Positions 37,406-50,300 of a stretch of 64,000 nt of DNA are shown piece by piece. A program made the position numbers and the translations under genes. The notes beneath the pieces are model-generated. The model worked only from the letters and a program-made list of their open reading frames with translations, made no database searches and was not told the origin of the DNA. Source of the DNA: Phoronis australis. Lineage: Eukaryota; Animalia; Phoronida. The stretch's first letter is position 1. Each line of letters starts with the position of its first letter. The stretch covers positions 769,786-833,785 of the forward strand of contig NMRA01000024.1 of assembly GCA_002633005.1 (NCBI GenBank), read 5' to 3'.

Positions 37406-37894
37406 TTGGCACGTAGACAAGACTTAAAGATGTTTGCGCTACCCTTTGAAGTACAGACAAGAACAAAAAAATAGTACATACAAAAACAAAACATCGTCGA
37501 AGATATGCAAATGTTTAACCTGAGCACCACACCCGAACTCATCAAAGACACCCCTCCTCGTCTAACATTTTTGGTGTGCACGATTTCATCCAACTGGATT
37601 TTAAGAGACTAGAAAATATACAGTAAAACCTGCATAAATCGGAACCACACAAAGTCAGATCTTCCCTGAACTTTGACTAAAGTTTCTGGGTAAGGTTGCT
37701 CTAGTGTGTACACTCGGTACTTCAGAAAAGTCAGATTATGATTCCCATGAATAAAATCTCTCCTTCCTAAAGGATTTGACTAAAAAGCTAAACCCTAACC
37801 TCCTTTGTTAGTGCCGCTTAAAGTGTGACTTCCTAAAATGACTGAAAACTATGCCTTGACAAAACAAGTGAGGAGAGCCTTTGTGTGCCCTGGG

Positions 37895-40800
37895 TTACCT
37901 TGAGGTGCTGGGCATGGAACAATATTGTGAAGCAACAGAGTTGAGCGCATTTGAACACAGTGCGTCAAAGAGTACACCATAGTTGGCTTCCCTTGGCTTC
38001 ATAGACTTCCACGAATACAGCATTTGGTACGTTCGTTCATTGATGTCTTGGTTGTCAGCTTGTATCGCTTTGATCTCGTCCTCGGAAACACCTAGCGTCC
38101 TGCCAACAGCCTTCCACTTAGAGCTGATCGACATTGCGATATTCCACAGCACCTGATCCGTTACCGGTTCCCGGTTCCCTCGGTGCGCCGAATCCGAGGT
38201 GATGGTGGCAGGTTTACTCTTCATCTTGGTGGGCGAGAACTCGCCGCTTGAGAGATCTGATTGGTCCGGGTCCGAATGGCGCCTACGTCTCTTTGAGCTA
38301 GATGTGTCTTCTGAAGCCTTGGAGCCACGCTTCCGAGGGGGCGTCCGACCACCGCTGCTTGGACCTGGAAAGGGATAAGGTTTAAACAATGGAGCTACAG
38401 GTATTGAGAACAACACTTAAGAAATGTAATGTAAATGGAACACAGTAGGGCAAATACACAATTAATGCAAGCAATCAATTGAAATGAAGTGAATGCAAAA
38501 TTCACATGAAACAAAGTCAAAGTGGCTCTGGAAACTAATCCCTGAATTTTCAAATGCTATAAATCACTCAATGCACTATATAGCAGTCAATTTTCTAAAA
38601 TCAAATTGTTCCTTACATTACCATGCATTAGTGCACAACAACTCGTCTCATTACATAGACCAAACTGAAATGCCTACCGGCCAATGCGGAACTTTCTGAG
38701 ACGCTGTCCTCGTCATCTGTATTACGGAAGCCTAACTGCGCAAACTTCTGAGCAAAGCCAATCTGGGCTGCATTGCCCCCGTCACCGTCGATACGGAGTT
38801 GACGACCGACCTCGTAGAGCGCTTGCACGAACTCGTCTGGGGTGCCACCACGTGACTGGTACTTATTCAACATAAAGGCGAACGGATCATTGGTACTAGA
38901 CAGTTGGTTCTTCACCTCGTGATTAGTAAAGCCGAGATGCTTAGCGAACACTTTCCAGTTGTTGTCGCTGGTGATGTTGAGCATGCCTGCAGCAAAACAC
39001 GAGTGGAGTGTCAAGAAAACCAAAAATGGGATCACCATGACAACGAACTACCACCATGGGAACCACTCGTTGTCCCTGGTGATGTTAAGCAAGACTCGTG
39101 CAAAACCGAAATGGAGTATCAAGAAAACCAGGAACAAGCTCCCCATGACAACTGATACGATGGGAACCAGTTGCTTTTGCGTGTGATGTGATGTACATTA
39201 TGGCTAGAGCCTAACAGCAGAATGGACGAGAACAAAAATGAAACAGGCTCACATTGATACTTGGCACGAACCATTATATTTTACTAGCTTATGCGCAAAT
39301 GATTTTACTTGATATTTTTCACATGATGTTATCTGCATTGGGATATATCATGAGCATGTTTGTGACCTACCGATCACCAGCTGGCAACAATGCGCACGTA
39401 ATGACTATCAACAGACAAGAATACCCATTGCTACCACAAGATGGCACCACAGCTGTACTTACTGGCAAGTTCTCTGACAGCTAATAATGACCACCGGTCA
39501 GTGATGTCCAGGTTCATCTCAGCTTCACTGCCATGCTGCAAGAAACACAAGTCTACATGATGCAGCCATACCAAGAGTTCCACTCAAATTGTGATTTTGT
39601 TTAGTTTCCAGGATATAATGATCGTGTTCATGTCATTTTTTTCTCGGAACAGTAGACACTTAGAAATATTTCCTAGGGGTTATTGCCAAGCGCATATTGA
39701 ATGCATGGTCTCGTGATAAGGCTCACAAGATGTTTATTGTATAAACAGAATTTCCCTGGATTTTCCAAGTTTTCACTTTTTTCATTTTCCGTGAGTTTCG
39801 ACATATGAAAACTAGAATGCAAGACAACGGACCCCAGTTCTTACTTAAATTTGTAGGAAACCTGCTTTGGCTGACTTAGACTTCTTTCCATTATAAAACT
39901 GGTCTTAAATTGCTCTTTTCTCAGGCTAGTATCAACCAATCATGAACTGTCAGTTTTCCCATGCTCGGAAATCGTCAGCAATCCGAGTAGGGTTCACAGC
40001 TGCTCACTATCTTAACACTTTCTTCTTACCTTGGTGAGGTTAAACTCGAAAATAGACTGCTTGAAATCTGCTGTAACCATTCGATCCACCATCACCTTTC
40101 CAAACACGCCTTTCTCAACTGGACTGCCCTGGAATACAATGCTAGTCTTAATAGAACGAATTGGTGATGGAAGGGATGGAAAATGGTAATATTAATAATG
40201 TATTTACCTCATCTTTGTCGATTTTCATGCCACATCTTACACTCAAATTCAGGGTAGATTTCATGGTGAATTAAAACTATAACCTCAACAGTCTTTAAGT
40301 CACCATTCCATTGAAAAAGAATAATCGAAACCTCGGAATCATTTTTTTTCAATTTAAATTCATCTTTACAAGGTGCAGCGAAAGACCTCCACACTTACGG
40401 TCTTACATTCATTTCAAAAGCATACTAAAAATTTCCTCGCCCACGACGTTTTAAAGCTAGAAACTGCATTTTCCACAACCACTGCTCAATGAACAAGTAC
40501 GTACCTTAAATACGCAAGCAAACTGCTTCTCAAACTCCATACCCCTGAAGTCGTGTTCTACTTTAGTTAGACTCTCATCCTCACCATGCAGCGTATCTGC
40601 CTTAAAGTCGTTGGATGCGAGCCTCACAATTATAGCACCTGAAGGTAAATAGTGGGAGATGCAATAGCAATTCAAAAATATTTAGCCAAAATGGATAGAG
40701 TCAGTGCGTGGGATAGAGGTCACAAATATTTCAACAAAAGCGCAATGGCCAAATGTCTAGACAATAGCTCTAGATAGTTCATCTATGATCTGCATTGTTG

Positions 40801-43800
40801 GCCAGCTGCATCGTTGCTGTCCATTCAACAAAACTTTTGTGAACTATATTGTACAGCCCAGTCCATTCCAAGCTAAAGAAATCAAAGCCATATCCAACTC
40901 AGGCAAAAGATTACAGTGCTTAGAATAAAATTTGAATAACACATTCTAATCTTGGTTTTGGCAAATCAAAGACCACACAAAAACATCGAGTTTAGAAGGC
41001 AAAATTCCCCACAAATAACACAAACCCAAGACCTTACAACTGAATTTCAATTTGATTTCAGGGAGGTCGCTCATCTGAGGGGAAAGGTGGATGACTGAGT
41101 GTGCCTTTTGATAGGAGTATTTTTCGAATGTGGGAAAAACTTCCTGTGATGCAATTCCATGACTTTCTTTAGTGAATATCATTTAAATGTCCTCTACATG
41201 TGCAATAAACTAATCCAGGCTCTGCTCTCCAAAGCAAAGCATGGCAATGAAATGTGGATAGTCAGTAACTAAAACATTCCGATGCTGACACTCTACAGTA
41301 CCACAATAATATCTATGGGAATTTTTCATTATACAAAGGGAATTTTTGGGCCTGATGTTGGCATTTCGCATGATCTTTTAAACTTGTTTTTCAAACCCCA
41401 AAATCGAGGCATCAAGGGTATTTGATTAGACAGCTTAATAGAAGAAAGCACAGACTCACCTGGTCGAACCATCTTGGGCTTCGTGCTTCCGCCCACTCTG
41501 TGCTTGTAGTTCCCCATCTCGGGCAGCTTCTTGTCGCTACGGTAACAGATCACCTCCAGTCCAAACGACTTTGTGTCCGGGTTCTCCTCCATCATAGCTT
41601 GGCACATCATCGAAAAACGAATGTAGGGATAGAAGTAGGATACACCTACCTTGGCACTATGCAGTGTGTGTGCCAACAAATCCCACAGTGCTTTGTACCA
41701 CGAGAAATGTGTTACCTTGAATGCAATGCGATAGCTACCATCAGCGTTTTTCTCTACAGAGAACTTCCCATCGTATCTCTCCCATGAGAGTTCATCGCCG
41801 TCACTTGCGGCACTGTGCCATATCGACAACTTGGTTTCTGGGTTGACGTTAAACCGGTTAATGATTTCCTGGCAGTCTGGCAGCGGAAGACTCACCGTGA
41901 CCGGGTTCTCAGATCTAAACTGACAGCCATGTGGACCAAGCATCACAACCGGAGTGGCCAGCGCTCGCGGCTCATCATGGTTCGTATCCACACTGTATGG
42001 CTCGTCACCATAAAACACCTGCACACTAGCATCAATGTCTTCATTAAGAGCACCTTCTGGGAATGTGACAGTAATGCCTGGAACTTCATTGATCTCGATG
42101 GTACCACCTTGACTAGCAAGTATCGGCTGTTTAACCTCCGGGTAAGCCCTGGTGGCCACAACCGTATACAAGCTGAAGTGGTAGGCCTTGATGGTCACAC
42201 AGTCTCTACTGACATTGAGAAAGTAGTCATTCAGTGGAAGAGGCTTCCAGTCAGGAATTTCTCCAGCTGTTGTATCGCTACACAGACAAACAACTTCAGT
42301 GGGCGAGCACACACTGACACCTAGTGGCAGGTGTAACAGGACTGGTTCAGAATCGTAAAACTGTGCACCATGGGGCTCAAGTGAAACGACCATTCCAGCA
42401 TGAACCGTTCTTTCGCTCGGTTCAGGCGTGTAAAACCAATCCTCTTGGATGGTAAGTTTGAACTCATCGCGTCTATAATTAGACCTATTGTGTTGAGGAA
42501 TTGCCACACATATGCCTCTGTATTTTATAAGCATAGTCCGATCTGGCTGCAGTCTTTGAACATAGGTGTCACTGTCACACTCAGAATCTGACTCCTCATC
42601 AGTTCGGGGACTGAGGTCAAAGTCAGACTCAAAATCAGCGTCACTGTCACTGCCGTGGTCACCATAGCAACTGCATGTGTCATCATCGAAGTATTTATCA
42701 TGAAGGTCAACAGATCCAACCTCACCGATGGAGCAAGAGCCATAATCACTGGTCAGGATCCCACCTTTTGCTGAGAACAACTCATCATGTATAACACTCC
42801 GAATTTTAACGTCGTTATCAATTATCATTGCACTAAGCTTTGACGAGATATCCTGCATAACAGAAATTTCAAAATGCTGGCGCAGAGCTGCAACTCCTGA
42901 TAAACAAACATCTTTTGGCACATTCTCTATTGGGTTGTGGGTGACGAATAATTTCTTCAACGTCCTCAAATATAACATTCGTTTATCAAAAATTCTGATT
43001 TTATTCCCTGAAAGGTTGACATTTTCAATGAGTGTAAGTCGGTAAAATCCATCGGGTAGTTCCTGCAAGTTGTTGTGTGACAGATCCACTGTTATCAGTT
43101 GAGTCAAACCACAAATCTCTTTTGGCAAAGTGACAAGATCGTTGTGTCCTAACAGCAAGATCTTCAGTTTGCACAAACACTGTACACATGGTGGTAATTT
43201 GGTCAGGGCGTTGTGACTCAAATCGAGTTCGACAACTGTTGAAGATAGAGGCAGGCAGAACACGTCTGCAGGAACTTCGACTAATCCCAGCCCCCGGAAT
43301 TGTAGTTGAGACTTGTACCACTTTTTAGCTTCTACGATTTCCCGCTGTGCCCGGCTTAGTCTTTTATGACCGTGCATAGCAGCTGAAAGCAAGAATGAGT
43401 GTTAGCCATATTTACAAATAACTTGAAGTCACAGTCTGATACTCCTCTTTACCAAATCAACTGTCAAGGAAAAACTGTTGTTTTTTACTGCACCTCGACT
43501 CTGGCTTGAAGTTGACAACACTTCACAATCATGTTGATTGAACATCACTAACAAAATTCTTTTAAATGTTTATGAAATGAGGAGCTAAAATGAGATTTAA
43601 TATGATTAAAGCTTTAACAGATCAACTGGTGATAATGATAAAACAGTGGCGTAGTGTGTTTTTGTGAAATTTTCGAACTAATATAGGGAATTTGAAACAT
43701 TCGGATCAATGTTGTTGACACCTGACGAATTTTAGCCATCTGAAGTCCACCCCAAATTTTGCAAAAATATCGATGATATTTAGCGCAATAAAGGTCCGAT

Positions 43801-43827
43801 CATACGTACCTGAATGTCTGGAGCCAT
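37895..43827 (-). CDS. PIDD1-like protein: LRR - acidic linker - ZU5 - ZU5 - UPA - death domain - basic linker - death domain (~1019 aa)
   Basis: Minus-strand exons 43806-43827 (tentative first exon, MAPDIQVP), 41460-43382, 40505-40638, 40030-40128, 39463-39535, 38678-38986, 37895-38394 join in frame (3060 nt). Features: LxxLxLxxNxL repeats, two ZU5-type segments (LEPHGAQF...HFSLY; LGPHGCQF...HFSWY) and a C-terminal death domain (WKAVGRTLGVSEDEIKAI...QMLYSWK). Confidence 0.88.
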
Positions 43828-44918
43828 CTTTAATATCTCAAAGTGTTTTACTAAGTGCTCAGATAAAACCAATGGCATAAAGCATGATGCTATTTGTCAT
43901 TTACTATACGTAGTAAATTTGACCCACATTACGCGGTCGGCCATGTTTCTTCCGACATTTGCCGAAGGTTGTGGTGACAAAGAATTCTAGAGATAAGTCA
44001 AAAACGAATCTCTCAAAATCGAAATTGGCCACATTTCACAAAAGATAAATAGTCTAAAATACTTACTTGATACGTTTAACCGCCATCCAGTTGAAAATAT
44101 GTACCCATTTCGAACGATTTAAACCCGATAACATGTTCCGCCATCTTGAATAAACATTAGGCGACGCATACAGCTCATGAATATGTTAATTATGTAGGAC
44201 GGTTAGCCTGGTTGCACAGCAATATCAACTTTATGAATGAAACGATACAGAGGCAACGCCGCACAATTAATTAGATTCTAATATACCTTAGAGACACTAA
44301 ACATGTTTTACGCAAGCAAACTCCCAGTTCATCCTTTAAAACAAGGTTCTAATGAAAGTATTTGTGCGCAGTGCATATGACGTCGTGACCATACACGAAG
44401 ACTGGAGAGACGGCGTTTTGTGCTACAACGGCTCCTGGAAAAACCCATGTAACAGTGCGGTAGTTACAATTTCTTCGATGCACATTTCCCCAAGATCAGT
44501 GGTATGGCCAGCACTCGGCTGTTTAAATTGATCGTGATGGCCACCGTGGCATGCCATGCAACCCGCCGGTTAAATCATTGGCACAGTCCCTCAAAGAAAT
44601 TTTTATTTGTACTCCGATTCTTCTGAAGTCATTTTGGGAGTGCTCGTTTTTGTTGCAAACTCATAAGGCTATTCAGTTTTCTATTGCAAAAAACTTTTTT
44701 ATCGGATTTCACGAACTTCAGGCTATTTTGCCGCGGCGGTCGCGCATAAATGTCACTTATAATTTCGACCAGGAGACAAAAATCAAAACGAGAATTTAAC
44801 ATATTGGAAAATTATTTTTGACTTGCCGCTCATGCAGTGCCATATCTCGTACTTTGTTCATTCGCAACATCGTCAATGAAAACAAAAGCGCATTCTGCGA
44901 AACCCGTTTTCTTATTTT

Positions 44919-45249
44919 TACGGTAATTCGTTTATTTACCCCGAAGTTAAAAATGAGGAAACATAGCAAGTTTAAAAGAACTCAATAGAAGTTGCACAAT
45001 ACCGTAACGCTATATTATTATGGAAAGGGGGTAGAAGGGGAACGGAAATGACTTTCATATATTTTTACATTAACGTGTTTGGCTTTCATTTGAATTTGCA
45101 GTATTCAGAAAACAAAACCGGGTATGGAACTGCCACCCAATTCCCAACCATAAAATTAGCTTTTGTTTTTTAAATCTGAGTTCTACTACTTCCCAGTGTT
45201 TAGGTCAAAAGGATTAGTCAGCTATTGTGTTATTCACGGATTTACCGTA
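44919..45249. mobile_element. MITE (TA-CGGTA...TACCG-TA)
   Basis: tacggtaattcgtttattta / tattcacggatttaccgta imperfect TIRs with TA flanks. Confidence 0.5.
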
Positions 45250-47307
45250 GTCAACAACTGTGATTGTCAATTATTATTTTCAGTCAATTTTTCATTTAGT
45301 CAAATATTATTATAGTCAATAATTGTTTCATTGCTTTTATTCAAAGCTGATTTATCTATTACGGTTAGAAACTCCCCAAGAGATAAAACACGGAGGTTCA
45401 GTGTAGCTAAAACACTTCTCAGCTATGTCACAAAGAGGTGCCCTCATGGTTTGTGGTGGGTGTCCTTCCACACAACACTGGAATAATTGGCCTTTTGAGC
45501 AGACACAATTTTTCAAATCATGATTTAAACTTTTGATAGTTGGCAAGGGAAACCTAAAATTATTTTGTTTTTAAACACTTAAATTGCCTAGGTTTAGCAC
45601 CTTTTGAGATTTTTCCAATTATATTGAATTCTTAATTACAACAGCAATGATGTTAGACCCCCTCTCCTACGGACCAAGACAGTGGAAATCTTAATAGTAA
45701 CACACCCAAAAACCTTAAAATAAATTTCTTAAAATAGTGTTCATTTTTATACTCTTATTTTGACACATGTTGAGGGATGTCAATAGGTCAAGTAAAACAT
45801 AAGATATTAGGTAATGGTCAAATATAACGTTCCCAAATTTTGATAACCATGTTTCTCCACTGAATAACCAGCATTAAACTTGTTCTCAAAATACCACACA
45901 TTATATCCGAATATATTAAAGGTATATTATGATAGAATGTGTTCGATTTTTTCTGAAAACTGTACCACACCACAAGCCAACTGAGATGGTGAAGGTTAAA
46001 ACTCACCAATTGTAATGCAAAAATAAATGTGTGTAAACAACTACCAGCATGCCTCTTACTTTCAAACTTTTTATTTAATTCTCTCAGCATACGACCAAAA
46101 TTGAATACATGGTCAGAGAGCACAATAGAAGAGTGCAACTGGTCAAATACCTTTTGTGGTGTATCAGATTTTAACAGGCTACGTGGTAGACGCATTCTAC
46201 AAAACATGGGAGCTGGACTCAAAAGAGCCCCTCCATTGATCATCATGTTCTCAATGAGATAAGTTCGAACAAGTAACAGCAGAAAGTATAAGACAAAAAG
46301 TAATCAGACAAAATACCATTTTCCCATCATGATGGCTGATATTACTACCGCAATAAAATTCTAGTTACACAATGGCTTAGCCACTTTAATAATGCTCTAG
46401 TCAATTCCGGATCATTCTCGGTTACGAGGGTAGAATACTCCGACGATAAATTCGCCCAATTGTCATAACAAGGAATTCCAGGCTATTTTCTCTGAATATT
46501 TTTGGCTTGTACAGTATGAGGAGTCTTCAAGGATGACTTATTCAAGTACATTGAAAATTGAAAACAATGCTGAATAACCACTTCGAAATTGTTTCTAAAA
46601 TTCAATAAAAGTGCAGAACATACGTCATTTAGCATATTCGCAAAAAGTAAGTCTTTGGCAAATATTAAAATGTGCACCATGATTATCACAACTTGACAAA
46701 GTTATCATTTCAGACATCCCGCTTGATTGTACATAAACTTGCTAAAATTTAATAAACTAATGCCACATTTGAACAGTGAATCATGTTGTGAACGCACAAG
46801 CATAAAGCATGTCACTTAAGTCAAGTCACTTAATTAGCACTTTGTCTAAAGTGGAGACAAAACAAACGTGCCGTTAAATTTATGCAAAGACAGAAAAATC
46901 TCCAAAGTGTTCACTTTGTGCCCTACAAATTCAACATTACTTTGTGGAAAACATCTATTAGATGACAACAATTTGATTTCGCTAAATGCGTATATCAAAC
47001 AAAAATCAAGGAAACAATATAATTTTGGCATAATTGGAATGCTGAAACATGAATTTAAATTCCAGAAACTTCTTTTTCTAAAATGCCACTATACGGAGGA
47101 ATACAACAAACATGGGAAAACCCTCTCGCATATTTTCACTGGCAAGTGCACTACCTTAATGTAGTGACTAGTTCATGTGTGGATGCATAAATGACTGTCC
47201 CTTTATGCGTTTACTGTCAAAAAAATATAAAAAAACACGTCACTTTAGGCTTCATTTCTTCATCCCACGGAATTCACACAGGTGCCCTGGAATAACAAAG
47301 CTGTGAG

Positions 47308-50300
47308 CTAAACGTCCAAATAGACACCAGCGCTTTTAATGTAGGGTCTCAGAAGGGAAGCTACATAATTTGATTTCTGTATGAAGTCTGCACACTTGAA
47401 GAAGTCTTTGTACAAAATCTGAAAATAGAAGTGAAAGAATATTGGTACGAATGACCACAGCAAAGTACTTAGTTTTCAACGAAAACTTGGGACTCTGAAG
47501 ACGGAGAAATAACAAATAAAAGAGTGCTTGACATAACCAGCAGCAGGTCACACTTGTCACCTAGAAATTCTATCTGAGATTTTGGCCTACTTCCTCGCAC
47601 TAGTCGCACAAGTGAGATTTGGGAATTTTAACTGGTGCAAACCAAGTTTTTTAATTTACAACTCCATCCATAACCGACAAAAATGGAGGAAACTTGAGTG
47701 AATCACATTATTTCAAAAATATATCCCAACAACACCAGTAGTTGGAGATGCCAAATCAAAAGCCAATCAATACACCCCACTCGCTGTCCTTTTTTAGTGA
47801 ACTGGAACTTGTGTGACCAGAATCCTTCAGTTGTGACCTGGTATTTTGGTCAGGTTGCAAATGACAACCTGGTGACATTCATCGCGCTGAGGACTGTTAA
47901 TTACAGTTTTTGCGTATGATTGAATGAGCCTATGTCCAGGTCTAATCAACCATCGTGAATCTGGCACTGCTTATGAAGCGGATGGGTCCAAAGATGAAAA
48001 GCGCTGATGAGAAGTGGGACAGATAGTGTTGAGAATGTAGAGACATTTATTAAAATTTATTTGGGGATTAAACCTTGAAGTGGAAATCAGCTTTTGACGA
48101 TGACACTGTTAACCATACCACAGCAACTATGTTGAAGGAGGTCAAAACCACAGGCACCTGAATCTATCTGTTCTTCATTGGCACCAACACTGTGTACATG
48201 GTTACGAGCAATTGACATATTGTCAGGATTTGAGTGACAGCTTAACTGACCCATAAGAACGCAGCATTCTTGACACACCTTCGTTTCCAAGCTGCCATTT
48301 TACCTGACAAACTACACGTTGCCAGGTGAAACTTATCGTTTGTTTGTAGACATTTCACAAAGGGGGCAGAGTTTGCAATAGGCCAATTGGGAGATTCGTG
48401 TGTCCGTAGTCAAAAATAATTTTTCAGGACATCAGTTTTTTATATACAGATAACCAGTTTTCTCATTTTTTCTGTGGGCCTTCATCTTTAATGCTCTAAT
48501 AGCAAAGCGAACAAAATGTCAGCTTTGACACATGACAAGACATTAAGTTATGGACCTGTTATCGCGAACAAAAAAATCAAACTTGCCACCACAAACTCAT
48601 CTTTCCCCTTTTTTGTCCGTCTTCTGAAAACCATTTCTCATCCAACATTCCCTTTTTTCGGATCCATCTTTCCCATCGGGAGTCCGAGCTCTTTCTTGGT
48701 TCAGACTTGATCCGATTTTTGATCCTGAGTTTTGCAAAGCTCATATTTGGGAAACTGATAAAAGGGGTGTGGCCAGTAATGCAAGTGAGGAAGCCAAGCA
48801 TGATTTTTCAAGGGAAGATGCTATTCCCATTGTAAGCAACACAGGTCAACTTCTAGTCAACTGACCTGCACGACCTTGTAGCCCAGCAACTGTAGGTGGC
48901 GCTGTCTCATAGAAAATTCTCCAAGTAAATGGTGGTGACTGCTGCAGAAGCACTCAGGCATCAAGATTGTCACCGCAACTCTGGAACAAGCCAAACAATG
49001 AAAGCTGTAATTATTCAGACACTTATTTAGCTTACAATATGGCCGACAACTGATATTCTATGTTGTCAAATTCTTCCACAAAAATAAAGATTGAATGAGA
49101 AAATTTTAGTCCATTACAAACATAGTTCGTACGGCATAGACATCAGAACAACTTTTGGTGAATTTTGTTTCTGATCTTACAGTCTACTTCCTGGAGTCTT
49201 GCAAGCCGTTAAAATCCTAACTTAGGGGATCCTAAAGGAAAACAGAAGGCCAACAATGAACAAGCACCAATACCATAATAAGCTCATTTTCAATGACTTC
49301 AGAAGTTAAAAGTAGAACTGGAATCAGCCATGTTGAATAATGTATCAATCAAATCACTTACCGCTCTGAACCGTCAACAGCCAGATTACCCTTGCCATCA
49401 ACTGTGATCTCAAAGTCAACGAAATACGGAGTCTTTGGAATGGTGACCATGGAGGCAAACTGGTCGCTGCCCAACAGCTTGTCCAAGATGTGCTGGACCT
49501 CTTGACTCACCGTGTATTGCTTGGCATCTGCGCAAGAGATGGGATTTAAGTTACAGCCACAAGAGTTCATTACCTAGCTGCCACCCATGATAGACCAAGT
49601 AACTTGTATCTACCATTGCAGACATAATCTTTAAAAGCCTGCATTTGCAACCTACTGTAGTTGTTTGAGTTGATGTCTATTTTCATATTAACACCCACCC
49701 ACAAAATTTTCATTTTTTTAAAACCTTTATTTTACTGCACACCACCACTTTAAATGATGAAGACTTGCTTGAAAGCATCTGTGTATTTGTAAACACTCGC
49801 TAAATTTCAGCTCCCAAACATACGCAGTTAATATACCATTGTGTAAAGAACTGTCAGGGTTTCGGCATCGTCTTGCCTTCTTCATAAAGAGAAAATACGC
49901 GTACTAGCCTATAATCAATTTCATTCTCATGACACATTCGTACCATTGACTAGACTTCTAAAAAATGTTATTTTTAAGTGCCCCGGTACCCCCCTCCTCC
50001 ATCCCCCCACAGTTTACACAACATAAACGCTCTGGGAATCAACCCGTACGAGCACTGCAGTTTCACGCAATCAAATCCCCTGGCTGCAAATGACAACATA
50101 CATTAGATAATGCAATTTAATTGTCAATTCCTTCAAAGCCGGCTGCCAAGGCTTAACAGCTTGAGCATAAACTGAAGGATTGCAAGCAGTGTCCCATTTG
50201 GCAGTTACCAGCTTGGCAAATGCGATCTCACAATAACTGTGGCGACAATATTCATTTCGTGCCAATGCTATGCTACCGGTTTCACGAATAGAGAGTTCCT

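Noticed and set aside
41422-42591. Plus-strand ORFs (121, 169, 63 aa) overlapping the PIDD-like exon, and similar ones opposite FASTKD
   Set aside because: Antisense shadows of long coding exons with no recognisable motifs.
45818-46246. 142-aa minus-strand ORF as the FASTKD last exon or a separate gene
   Set aside because: Phase is incompatible with the upstream donor, 47308-47418 completes the RAP domain better, and the ORF has no recognisable domain.
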